Below, in pieces: positions 1 through 8,258 of a DNA stretch of 44,597 nt (its first letter is position 1; every line of letters starts with the position of its first letter). Under the pieces are notes generated by a model that was not told the origin of the DNA, did no database searches, and saw only the letters and a program-made list of their open reading frames with translations. The stretch comes from a virus: IMG/VR virus record IMGVR_UViG_3300000970_000003; one strand, 5' to 3'. Both the position numbers and the translations under genes were made by a program.

Positions 1-49
1 CTGCTCCCTTAGACTACCTTCCAGTGTTGGGATGAAGTCGTTTTCAACT
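1..49. repeat. 49-bp direct terminal repeat, identical to 44549..44597; assembly overlap of a circular or circularly permuted genome
   Basis: Read directly: the first 49 bases (ctgctccctt...ttttcaact) recur exactly as the last 49 bases. A minus-strand ORF is continuous and in frame across the junction. Confidence 0.95.
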
Positions 50-234
50 AATTCTTGAGCTAAAGAAACTCTGGATTTTATCTCGCGCGCGAACTGCCTT
101 TCTATGTTTCTAGGGTCAACCTGTCTCTTAGTTTTTAACTTAAAATCTCGACCTCTGGCCTCAGCCGCCCTCTTCTTTTGTCTAAGAGCTTGGCGTATTT
201 CCGGTGGTATTCTGCTGGCTAATAGATTTTTCAT
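1..234 (-). CDS. MuF-like head morphogenesis (minor head) protein, N-terminal 78 codons; continues at 44548 after removing the repeat
   Basis: ATG at 234-232 gives MKNLLASRIPPEIRQALRQKKRAAEARGRDFKLKTKRQVDPRNIERQFAREIKSRV...SLREQ. This joins in frame to RQLLPTNDS... at 44548. A GAGGA lies 11 nt upstream of the ATG. Confidence 0.8.
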   Translation of the reverse strand, partial: MKNLLASRIPPEIRQALRQKKRAAEARGRDFKLKTKRQVDPRNIERQFAREIKSRVSLAQELVENDFIPTLEGSLREQ

Positions 235-463
235 AGGCGTCTAAGTCCTCCTTCGCGTATTGGATAAATAAAATGACCTTGTCCGGTCTGTAGGCATAAA
301 GGTGAGCTGGAGTCACCCCACCAAAATTTAAATTAGGAGTGATCCACCACAGCGATATTTTTGAAGGATCGTCTTTAAAGAATCTTGCCAAAAAATCCGC
401 AATCTCTTTCTTTTTTGGAAAGTTTACCGGATCTTCAGGGTTGCTATGATCCTGGGCTAACAT
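182..463 (-). CDS. small protein with a DUF2384 (Xre/MbcA/ParS antitoxin C-terminal)-like domain
   Basis: The segment ISLWWITPNLNFGGVTPAHLYAYRPDKVILFIQ fits the W-x-x-P-N-x-x-(L/F)-G-G-x-T-P pattern I recall for that family. It lies between portal and MuF and overlaps both. Confidence 0.5.
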   Translation of the reverse strand: MLAQDHSNPEDPVNFPKKKEIADFLARFFKDDPSKISLWWITPNLNFGGVTPAHLYAYRPDKVILFIQYAKEDLDAYEKSISQQNTTGNTPSS

Positions 464-1817
464 CTTTATCTTCAGGCTTCTTGGGTACAGGCCTATCTAA
501 AGTAGAAGAGCTGCTCATAAGCTTAGTTTCTAAAGAATACTCTGTACCACCGAATCTAGAGTTTCTAATCTCGTCAGGATCTAAAGCACCCATATTAAAA
601 TACTTCTCGTCAGCATTTGCCTGCTTCTCACGTATTTCAACTATATCCTTGTCGCTAGAACGCTCCATAGGCTTGAATACAATCTTCCACTCTGGAGGTT
701 CTACACCTTTCGTAGGTCCTTCTTTTGATAAAAGCATATATTTAGTAAGGGTTTCTAGCTGAGGAGCCAGGTATTTGTTCTGCATCGTTTTTACAGTGTC
801 ATACCAATCAGTCTTTTCAGACTCACCCGCTCCGCTAAGGCTCCCGGTAGATCCCTCGCCTAAAAGCTTTGTGTGAGGGACGTTTGCTGCTTGAACTAGT
901 CTATTATCAACGGTTCTAACTGTTTCGGCCAACCCGGTGAGGGTTGTACTCTTTCTATCAAACCCTTCCTCATCGTCTATTATAACAGCTTTCACAATAG
1001 AGCGCATAGAATCAACAAGCTCTAAACGCTTTTGTAGAACACCGTCGTGTCCAGCGGCTATAATATCAGCGAGCCCTGTGATTTTAAAAACCGCCTGGTT
1101 AAAGTCTACAATAGTTGAGGCCACAGAATCGTGTGCCGTGTGGAAGTTTCTCAATACGTTTTCAAGTGTTGTGAGCACAGAATCATGCCAGTAGTTATTG
1201 TTTATAAATATTCTTCTAGGTAAATGAAGGCCGTCCCATCTTAAAACCCTTGTGTGGTGCACAGGCTTTGAAACCGCTCCACCGCCAAAAGAAGGAGTAA
1301 TCTGGTAAAACTCTGGAAGGCCGTATCTCTTATCCGTTGGATCGCCCACTACATTAAGAGTCTGAACCTCATGTCTGTTTAAATTAGTAGCAAACTCAAT
1401 ACCTCTGATATTCTTTTCATTCACTGGCTGGTCTGCTTCTAACCCGTCCATAATACCTAAATATGTGATAGCTCCGCCATATAAGCGCCCTAGCTTCACG
1501 CCCTCTTCAAGTTTTGTAAGAAGATCCTTTTCTTGGAGCATCGATATAAATATATCGTTTACTTTATTATTGTCCTTAGGGATTTTTAGCTCGAAACCCT
1601 CTCTGAACATCTCTTCGACTGGCATATCGACTATTTTTCTAGCCATATCGTCAGCAGCATATAATTGCTCTGCCTCATGCTCGGTAAATAGATTGTAGTA
1701 AGCCTTTGCAGACATACGCTTATCTTTACCCAGCCTGCCTAAACCAGTTTTAACATTCTCCCAGCCGTCTGTTGTAATTCTAGATATTTTATCCAGAACC
1801 CCTTTTTCATTCCCCAT
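444..1817 (-). CDS. portal protein (DUF1073-like)
   Basis: 457-aa ORF directly downstream of terL and upstream of MuF. Size, position and the N-terminal sequence resemble DUF1073-type portals (recollection only). Confidence 0.75.
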   Translation of the reverse strand: MGNEKGVLDKISRITTDGWENVKTGLGRLGKDKRMSAKAYYNLFTEHEAEQLYAADDMARKIVDMPVEEMFREGFELKIPKDNNKVNDIFISMLQEKDLLTKLEEGVKLGRLYGGAITYLGIMDGLEADQPVNEKNIRGIEFATNLNRHEVQTLNVVGDPTDKRYGLPEFYQITPSFGGGAVSKPVHHTRVLRWDGLHLPRRIFINNNYWHDSVLTTLENVLRNFHTAHDSVASTIVDFNQAVFKITGLADIIAAGHDGVLQKRLELVDSMRSIVKAVIIDDEEGFDRKSTTLTGLAETVRTVDNRLVQAANVPHTKLLGEGSTGSLSGAGESEKTDWYDTVKTMQNKYLAPQLETLTKYMLLSKEGPTKGVEPPEWKIVFKPMERSSDKDIVEIREKQANADEKYFNMGALDPDEIRNSRFGGTEYSLETKLMSSSSTLDRPVPKKPEDKDVSPGS

Positions 1818-1882
1818 ATAGATCGTCCTCCGATATTGAAAGTCTATTTTGAAATCAAACTTATTTCAAATAACCCAGGCGG

Positions 1883-3322
1883 TCACTTGCTTGTTAACTT
1901 CAGGAGTCTAGAAACAGCGTCGTTGTTCATATAGTTCAGAGCCTGAGTAGAGGCGTCCACTTGGTCATCGTTGGTACCGTTTGGAAAGCTAGTCCATTCC
2001 TTTATAAATCCAGGAGTGAAGTCAGCTGTTCTAGGAAGGTGAACATTCCCGGCTTCTATAATACCAGAGCAGGCGTGAGCCCTTGCTTCTTTTGATTCTG
2101 TTGGGTTTATAGGCAATATTCCAAGCATAGAGTTTTTAAGAGTATCTATAATAGCCGTCCCGTTTGCTTTATCCTCTACAAGCTTAGTCATAGCTTTAGG
2201 CCATTTTCTGCTCATATCGATCATAGCCTGCCTAGACTCTACAAAACCCATCCTTCGTCTAAGCTGGTCTAATAGAAATATATCAGAGCCCTTCTTGCCC
2301 CATACCTGTCCTACAACGAAATCAGAATCCTCTTTCTTTTTAAATGTGAAATCCCAAGACTGGATAAGGGTATCAAAAAACCTAGGAAGGTCTCTTTGAT
2401 CATACATTTTCCACCACTCGGATTTAACTATTCCGCCACCAGCTGTAAAAGGTGACTGTTGGTGAAGGGATGACCAATCTCTAGGACCTGAGTTGATTCG
2501 TATTTTATTTAAAGCTTCTAGGTTGTATCTATAGGGCCAAAGAGCCTCCCCCACCTCGCGTGGATCGTGCGGAGAATCGTGGTTCATTTCTCTGATGGCA
2601 GGAAACTCAATGACCTTCCATTGATCGGCATCTGGATCTGATTCTTGAAGCTCTAAAAGCCTGCCTGCTAAATCAGCTTCATGCCAACGAGTCACTGTGA
2701 GTATTATTGCAGCATCATCGGAGTTTCTTCTTGTGTAGAAGGTCGAGGTATACCAGTTGAATAGAGCGTCCCTGTAGGTAGCAGACTCGGCGTCCTTACG
2801 GTTTTTTATAAAGTCATCAATGATTCCTATATCAAAACCAAAACCCGTCAGCGGCCCGCCTATACCGGAGGATTTATAGCCTCCCCCGTCTTTCATGGCT
2901 ATATCAAAAAAGTTTTCACGCTGTTTGAAGTTTCCAGGGATCAATTTATTAGCATCTAGACGTACGTTCGGAAATAAATCTAGGTAGCTCTGGTCTAGCA
3001 TTATTCGCTGAACGTCTAGGTTCATAGAGTTTGCAAGGTCTGCTGAATAAGAAGACACAATGATATTTCTGGTAGGATCTTGCCCGAAAGCAAATGCCGG
3101 GAATCTTCTAGATACCATTTCAGACTTACCCATACGAGGAGGCATGAAGATCATGAGCCTTTTACACTCACCTCTTAAGACTTCCATTAAAGCCTCGCCC
3201 ATCACTTCATGGTGCCAATTCACCATAAAGTTATCCTTTGTATAGGACGTGAACCCTAGAAGGTTGTTTCTGGCGTTATGGTACTGTAGGCGTGCCTTTG
3301 CTAAGGCTAATTCATAGTCCAT
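1883..3322 (-). CDS. terL: terminase large subunit
   Basis: Walker A-like PPRMGKSE, Walker B-like IGIIDDF, and the C-terminal nuclease motif GTNDDQVDASTQAL. 479 aa, followed by the portal gene. Confidence 0.9.
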   Translation of the reverse strand: MDYELALAKARLQYHNARNNLLGFTSYTKDNFMVNWHHEVMGEALMEVLRGECKRLMIFMPPRMGKSEMVSRRFPAFAFGQDPTRNIIVSSYSADLANSMNLDVQRIMLDQSYLDLFPNVRLDANKLIPGNFKQRENFFDIAMKDGGGYKSSGIGGPLTGFGFDIGIIDDFIKNRKDAESATYRDALFNWYTSTFYTRRNSDDAAIILTVTRWHEADLAGRLLELQESDPDADQWKVIEFPAIREMNHDSPHDPREVGEALWPYRYNLEALNKIRINSGPRDWSSLHQQSPFTAGGGIVKSEWWKMYDQRDLPRFFDTLIQSWDFTFKKKEDSDFVVGQVWGKKGSDIFLLDQLRRRMGFVESRQAMIDMSRKWPKAMTKLVEDKANGTAIIDTLKNSMLGILPINPTESKEARAHACSGIIEAGNVHLPRTADFTPGFIKEWTSFPNGTNDDQVDASTQALNYMNNDAVSRLLKLTSK

Positions 3323-3328
3323 TAGACT

Positions 3329-3472
3329 CTAAATTGATTTGTTTAGGATGCTATGGGCTGAAACTATTAAAAAAACGGAGGCTAAAGACTTGAGGTCTTG
3401 CTCCCATATAAAAACGGCCACGGTGACCAGAACGACAAAAAAGAATATGCCTTGCAGCTTCGTATTACTCAT
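3329..3472 (-). CDS. small membrane protein, 47 aa (absent from the ORF track)
   Basis: GGAGGAAAT precedes the ATG. The product is MSNTKLQGIFFFVVLVTVAVFIWEQDLKSLASVFLIVSAHSILNKSI, with one or two hydrophobic helices. Its stop lies 6 nt before the terL ATG. Confidence 0.4.
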   Translation of the reverse strand: MSNTKLQGIFFFVVLVTVAVFIWEQDLKSLASVFLIVSAHSILNKSI

Positions 3473-3527
3473 ATTTCCTCCAGAGCTGCCTTCATACTGA
3501 CAATTCAGGGTTCAAAAATCAAGTAGC

Positions 3528-3755
3528 CTACAAATTTAAGGTTTCTAGATACTGCTCTATTTGCTTTCTAGATAGGATTTTATTGTGTCTGGACATTAAA
3601 ACGTGGAGTTTCGTGTGATCTTGCCTTGGCATAGCTATTAGGTTTTCAGGGTTATTGTTTAGCTCGTTACAATCTATATGGTGCACAACCCAATCTTGTG
3701 GGATAGGCCCGTGGTGTATTTCACATACTTTTCTATAAAGCTTTGAGTCTCTCAA
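3528..3755 (-). CDS. HNH endonuclease
   Basis: Motif HHIDCNELNNNPENLIAMPRQDHTKLH. The position upstream of terL is typical of packaging-associated HNH proteins. Confidence 0.85.
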   Translation of the reverse strand: MRDSKLYRKVCEIHHGPIPQDWVVHHIDCNELNNNPENLIAMPRQDHTKLHVLMSRHNKILSRKQIEQYLETLNL

Positions 3756-3792
3756 GATACTCCTTTAAAAAGTGCAAATCTTTCTCCGCTTG

Positions 3793-4107
3793 TTAATCGT
3801 TATACTTAAACCCCAGCTCTCTATGCTCGTTATAACACTTAGAGCAAGTATGAATACCGTTAGGTATTTCTTTTACTCTTTGCTTTAATTTGGTGTCTAC
3901 GTCCTCTACCACTTCAAGCCATGATTTAGCTACACCGCTTTCGTTTTTATTAAAAGGGTTTACCGTTGCTGACTCTACAATCGTGGTAGTACGCCTATTG
4001 CCGCATGTCTCACAGATGTAACTGAATTTATGCTTGCGTTCTACTAGCTCGAAATGGGTTGTTGTCACACCTGTTCTATAGTTGTAAAGACTGCCAAATA
4101 AACTCAT
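3793..4107 (-). CDS. zinc-ribbon protein
   Basis: CxxC pairs (CETCGN and CSKCYN). Start moved to MSLFGSLYNY, which follows AAAGGAGAAGAGT; the longer track ORF begins at 4149. Confidence 0.6.
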   Translation of the reverse strand: MSLFGSLYNYRTGVTTTHFELVERKHKFSYICETCGNRRTTTIVESATVNPFNKNESGVAKSWLEVVEDVDTKLKQRVKEIPNGIHTCSKCYNEHRELGFKYND

Positions 4108-4269
4108 ACTCTTCTCCTTTAAAAGCGCGGCACTTTCTCCGCCCGTCAAACCTTAATTGTGTCGCTGCTTTAGGGCTTCGGTTCGGCCCGCAATTACCTC
4201 ACAGCTTTCGGGAGGATCGTTATTGTCATCATCTCCTCAACGCCTTTTAAGACAAAGCGAATTCAAATT

Positions 4270-4476
4270 CTATTTTAATGCACTCCTAACTACGCAGTCT
4301 TTAGCTTCTAAAAGCTTTCTAAGTCCAGCTCTAGCTTCTTCTTCATCAAGCTCACCGTTTTCAACGTCGAAAACTACCTGGGCAGCTATTTTCTCAAAAG
4401 GCTTACTCATCATTTGAAGGTCGTGTGGAAGGTGCTCCCACTTAAAGTATTTCATAAACTTTCTGATATCACTCAT
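4270..4476 (-). CDS. hypothetical protein; small conserved phage protein
   Basis: 68 aa with WEHLPHDLQMMSKPFEKIA...GLRKLLEAKDCVVRSAL, a pattern I recall from small phage proteins of unknown function. Overlaps the next gene in operon fashion. Confidence 0.6.
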   Translation of the reverse strand: MSDIRKFMKYFKWEHLPHDLQMMSKPFEKIAAQVVFDVENGELDEEEARAGLRKLLEAKDCVVRSALK

Positions 4477-4688
4477 GCCAAAAACTCCCCTCTATCCTTT
4501 GTCATTACCTTAAACTTATTCAGCTCCGTCTTAGCGTCTTTAAAGTCACAATCAAGCAAAATACCAACTATCCTTGAAGCCCAGAAGTATTCCATATACG
4601 GCTCACAATACTCTAGGATCTCTCTATCCTTTCTTGTGAACCCTCGGACCTGCAGGTTTACTTCAACCCAATCATCTGCATCGCTCAT
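4473..4688 (-). CDS. hypothetical protein
   Basis: 71-aa ORF with 4-nt overlaps to both neighbours. Confidence 0.55.
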   Translation of the reverse strand: MSDADDWVEVNLQVRGFTRKDREILEYCEPYMEYFWASRIVGILLDCDFKDAKTELNKFKVMTKDRGEFLA

Positions 4689-4900
4689 TTCACTCGGCCC
4701 ATATTTATATCATAGCCATAACCTAGCTTTCTGACCTCGGATTGAACGTAGCTTATAATATAGAAATCAATCTCCTGCTCCGTTTTGCCAAGCTCATGCA
4801 TAGTGCGAGCTACTTTATTAGCTTTAATCATTGCCTCTTTCGCAGTCTTATCTATTTTTCTTCTTATAAAGTAAAACTTCATCCACCTAAAAAAATTCAT
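4685..4900 (-). CDS. hypothetical protein
   Basis: 71-aa basic ORF, overlap-coupled to both neighbours. Confidence 0.55.
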   Translation of the reverse strand: MNFFRWMKFYFIRRKIDKTAKEAMIKANKVARTMHELGKTEQEIDFYIISYVQSEVRKLGYGYDINMGRVK

Positions 4901-5112
4901 AAATATATCTCCACTTCGACGTTTATTTCCATTTGCATATTTATTTTAAAAGGATTTCCACAGGATTCGCACTCGATGACTTCATCCTGAGTGGAATCCC
5001 AATAAGCTCCTACTGATTTTGAGCCGTTACCCTCTTTAAATCCAGCTTCGTAGTGCAGGTATTCATCGCAGTGGGGGCATCTGAAAGGGATCTCAAAAAA
5101 GGCTTTATTCAT
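4897..5112 (-). CDS. zinc-ribbon protein
   Basis: CPHCDEY and CESCGNPF form a four-Cys ribbon. Coupled to its neighbours. Confidence 0.6.
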   Translation of the reverse strand: MNKAFFEIPFRCPHCDEYLHYEAGFKEGNGSKSVGAYWDSTQDEVIECESCGNPFKINMQMEINVEVEIYL

Positions 5113-5410
5113 TCTTCCCCCTATAAATTGTTACAGCAGGCTCTCCGTCTCTAAGACCTAAAGCTATATCCTCAGTTGTTTCCTGGCTAAAATGAATTTC
5201 ATCGTACTCTTCCATTATAGCTTCAAAGAAAATCTCAGCCTCGCCTATAGTGATATTGTAGTCATCGACCTCTACAATTTTAGCTTTCGACATTATATCC
5301 CAGCAATATTGAGCCATCTCAGCGCAATCAGGGCCATCGTCTTCGTATTTCTTCTTATGCATTTGAACAGCCATTCTACAGGCCGTGTCGTACCAATCGG
5401 GTTGTTTCAT
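5105..5410 (-). CDS. hypothetical acidic protein
   Basis: 101-aa ORF rich in D/E, within the operon. Confidence 0.55.
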   Translation of the reverse strand: MKQPDWYDTACRMAVQMHKKKYEDDGPDCAEMAQYCWDIMSKAKIVEVDDYNITIGEAEIFFEAIMEEYDEIHFSQETTEDIALGLRDGEPAVTIYRGKNE

Positions 5411-6015
5411 TTAGACTCCTCTATTCTAGTGCTTGAATAAGTAACAGTGTAGTCAGGCTCTACCTCAAATTTAAGATCACATTCATGGCACTCAATTTCT
5501 GTGCTGTTCCCATCGTGGCAATACTCAAAAGAATCAGTAAATTGGTGTTCGCACCAGGGACATACTATGTCGTCTTTAAATTTGTAGTCCCACTCGTCAT
5601 AGTCTTCGTAATTAACCCTAGCCAATGCAGCAGCCTTCTTTTCAGCCATTTCTCTGTCGTGACAAGGGTGGCATTGAGATCCTCCTTTAACTCCAAACAT
5701 CGACCTCTCTTTTACATCATCTCTATTTATCCCGCAGGTTAAGCAGTTGTCGTGTTCCCTGCATACTTTAAATAGAGACCAGCCAACTTCAACGCCTAAG
5801 CACTTAGGGCACTCAAGGTTTTGAACCCATACACCGTCTTCACAATCAACTCGATACCCGTCACGCCTTATAAATGTGAAGTCAGCATTTTTTTCATCTA
5901 TAAATGACCGATCATCGTTTTCTTTTTTTCTAAAGTAGGTTGTTAAACCGCACATTACATAATCCATGTCAGGCTCTAGCCAGGACTCGGTCATCAATAT
6001 TCTTTTTTGCTTCAT
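5407..6015 (-). CDS. cysteine-rich protein with multiple zinc fingers
   Basis: Successive CxxC/CxxH pairs: CPKC, CLTC, CHPCH, CPWCEH and CHECD. Confidence 0.6.
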   Translation of the reverse strand: MKQKRILMTESWLEPDMDYVMCGLTTYFRKKENDDRSFIDEKNADFTFIRRDGYRVDCEDGVWVQNLECPKCLGVEVGWSLFKVCREHDNCLTCGINRDDVKERSMFGVKGGSQCHPCHDREMAEKKAAALARVNYEDYDEWDYKFKDDIVCPWCEHQFTDSFEYCHDGNSTEIECHECDLKFEVEPDYTVTYSSTRIEESK

Positions 6016-7229
6016 ATTGGCTCCTTCGCAACGTGCTTTTCTATAAGGCTGGTTACTTGATCAAATAGCCAGGTTTGTAATCCCCTACTGTGATCTGGGT
6101 AGCCCGTTTTTAGGTGGGCATACTCCTCTATCATTGTAGACACTAAATACTTTGTCCCCATTTCAAAACACCTTTTAGAAATGACCATGCTATTTGTATT
6201 GTGGTCTGCAAAGGCCATTGTACTAGTCCCTAAATCATTTACAGTGCGTATATTGTAAGCTTTTAAGTCTGGGTACACTTTGGATACTATATCCACAGCT
6301 TTTTCTAGCTGCATCTGCTCTACAGGTTCTAACTTCACATCAACTAGATTTCTCTTAGCCTGCTTATTGGTCTCTTTTGAAAAATACTCCACCGCTGACT
6401 TGTTGAATAGCTCGCTGTTGTTTGTAAAAGCCGCCTCTGCTACGGACATGAACTCAGGGCTCGGCTCAAAATCCTCCCACTCTAGGTGGCTGTACGAAAT
6501 ACCACCCTCAAAGCTTTCATCCTTATCTGCTTTTAATAACGAGTCCAAATACACCGGGTCTTTGATCATAGACGTTCTTTTGCCTGCGAATGATTCAGCT
6601 GCGTAAGCCTCTTTTAAGGTTCTATCCTCGGTAAGCTCTTGGCTTTTTATAATGTTGTATGTGAAAAGCGAAGGAGGTTTAAGCTCGTGTATCCGAACAC
6701 CTCGGTAGTACATATAGTTTGAAGGCTTGTCATAAATTTCTATCTCAGGGGTTTTTAGAATAGCATCGTTATGCTTAGGATCGAAAACTATAGAATCTTT
6801 TTTAGTGTACTCCTCTATGAAAGCCTCGCCCTTTACAATGATATAAGTCATCCCCTCTTTAGGTTCGGGCTTCACTGGCAGCACGTTTACTGATCCGCCC
6901 TCGTCTAGCGTGTTACAATAGATTTCACGAAACGCCTGCCACATCTTCCAGTTTTTGCCTAGCTCGGTGGTGTAGGATAGGTCCCTGCCGTTCATCGTGA
7001 TCATATCGAAATCAACACCGCGAACATTATGCTTTCGGGTTTCAAAAAGGTATGTGCTACCCCCGGAATAGATTTCCATTTGCTGTTTTTCTCTAGCTAG
7101 GATTGCTGTGGCATATTTTAAGCCTGTGCCGAAATACCCTATAGCGTCGTTTTTGTTTTTAACTGATACCCCGAAGGCCGTAACCCCTGTGATATCTATC
7201 TCGCCCTTGTTTTCAAAGACTACATACAT
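6012..7229 (-). CDS. hypothetical protein, 405 aa
   Basis: First gene after the 7253-7279 motif. It has an N-terminal GYFGTGLKYA glycine motif and a C-terminal EEYAHLKTGYPDHSRG. No function assigned. Confidence 0.7.
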   Translation of the reverse strand: MYVVFENKGEIDITGVTAFGVSVKNKNDAIGYFGTGLKYATAILAREKQQMEIYSGGSTYLFETRKHNVRGVDFDMITMNGRDLSYTTELGKNWKMWQAFREIYCNTLDEGGSVNVLPVKPEPKEGMTYIIVKGEAFIEEYTKKDSIVFDPKHNDAILKTPEIEIYDKPSNYMYYRGVRIHELKPPSLFTYNIIKSQELTEDRTLKEAYAAESFAGKRTSMIKDPVYLDSLLKADKDESFEGGISYSHLEWEDFEPSPEFMSVAEAAFTNNSELFNKSAVEYFSKETNKQAKRNLVDVKLEPVEQMQLEKAVDIVSKVYPDLKAYNIRTVNDLGTSTMAFADHNTNSMVISKRCFEMGTKYLVSTMIEEYAHLKTGYPDHSRGLQTWLFDQVTSLIEKHVAKEPI

Positions 7230-7252
7230 CTCTACCCCTCATATTGCTCGTT

Positions 7253-7279
7253 TAGGTATATACTCCGGTATATATAATA
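7253..7279 (-). promoter_or_regulatory. bipartite palindromic motif (GGTATATACT-cc-GGTATATATA on the plus strand); candidate promoter or operator
   Basis: One of six related intergenic copies. It sits 25 nt upstream of the 405-aa gene start. Confidence 0.5.
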
Positions 7280-7298
7280 TATTTTCTAATACAACTTT

Positions 7299-7469
7299 TT
7301 ACTGCTTTTTAGCCGCATCTTTTAGCAGACGTCCAATATTTACTTGGGTCTGAATTGTGCTTGCAATAGCCGAGGCGCATTTTATGGCCTGCTCTATTCT
7401 ATGGTGCTCAGGTCGAACCCCACCGGATTCTGCTCTATCCATGTCGTTATCAGATACCGCAGTTTTCAT
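7299..7469 (-). CDS. hypothetical protein; short form of the 138-aa track ORF
   Basis: Only the part after MKTAVSDNDMD lies outside the overlapping 7450..7908 gene. The start is uncertain. Confidence 0.35.
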   Translation of the reverse strand: MKTAVSDNDMDRAESGGVRPEHHRIEQAIKCASAIASTIQTQVNIGRLLKDAAKKQ

Positions 7470-7908
7470 CAGCCTGTTCAACCGCTGCGCTGACTCGCTC
7501 AGCAAATTCATCGATTGATATGCCCCCGTCCGTAAGCTCTTTACAGCTTCTTCTGATGACACGGTCTGGATTTCTTTTGTCTCTACGCTCTCGTTCTTTT
7601 CTGGCATTCTCTTCCCTATCCCTACTATACAGTTCCCTGGAGTAAGCTCTTTGTCGTTCTCGGTTTTGTCGTGACCATTCCACTCTTTTCGCATTTTCAA
7701 CTTCCTTGTTGTCATTATAGTATTTGCGATTTCGTTCTCTTTGCAACTCTGGATTTGCCTCGTGCGCTTTCCTTTTAGCTGCCGCTTTCTTTTTTCTGTA
7801 CTCCGGGTCTTCCCATCTTTTTTTGGCTCTAGCCCTATCCGCAGCCTTCTTTTTTTCTATAGACTCAGGACTTCTCCAAGCCCCTGCATACCAAATACGC
7901 TCACTCAT
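7450..7908 (-). CDS. highly basic, charged repeat protein
   Basis: Repeated R/K/E-rich segments such as KRWEDPEYRKKKAAAKRKAHEANPE and RNRKYYNDNKEVENAKRVEW. Start set at MSERIWY, an ATGAGTGA overlap with the upstream stop. Confidence 0.55.
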   Translation of the reverse strand: MSERIWYAGAWRSPESIEKKKAADRARAKKRWEDPEYRKKKAAAKRKAHEANPELQRERNRKYYNDNKEVENAKRVEWSRQNRERQRAYSRELYSRDREENARKERERRDKRNPDRVIRRSCKELTDGGISIDEFAERVSAAVEQADENCGI

Positions 7909-8257
7909 TTTTCGTCTTTCTATACTTCTCTTCGCTAGATTCGCGCCTATCAAAAGGTTTCATCGTTCGTAGTTCAAAAAACCCCTCAAACGTCGGTACA
8001 TGATAGATCAGCAACCGGGCATAAAGGGCTATAAAGTCATTGTTTATTTTAAATATCTTACCATTGGACTCTAGGTCGCGCTCCCAACGTATAGTGTGAA
8101 TAATGGTGACCGCTGAGTATTTAGAATACCCTTTCGTTTTCATTTTACGGGCCATTTGTTTAAATTGTCTGTAGACGTCTGGGTTATCAGCGTGGAAGGT
8201 TTTGAACTTAGCTAGGAGTTTCTTGTCTATATTGTCGAAAATATCCTTAGCTCCCAT
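7901..8257 (-). CDS. hypothetical protein
   Basis: 118-aa ORF in the operon. No motif recognised with confidence. Confidence 0.6.
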   Translation of the reverse strand: MGAKDIFDNIDKKLLAKFKTFHADNPDVYRQFKQMARKMKTKGYSKYSAVTIIHTIRWERDLESNGKIFKINNDFIALYARLLIYHVPTFEGFFELRTMKPFDRRESSEEKYRKTKNE

Positions 8258-8258
8258 T

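Noticed and set aside
4108-4269. 162-bp gap examined for the late promoter, a terminator or a small RNA
   Set aside because: It contains only 4-5-bp stems (GGGC...GCCC, GCGG...CCGC) and a TTGACG without a matching -10. Nothing is strong enough to call.
7470-7715. N-terminal two thirds of the 138-aa ORF 7299..7715
   Set aside because: It completely overlaps, in another frame, the charged repeat protein 7450..7908, which has the more protein-like sequence. Only the non-overlapping 3' part was kept, at low confidence.
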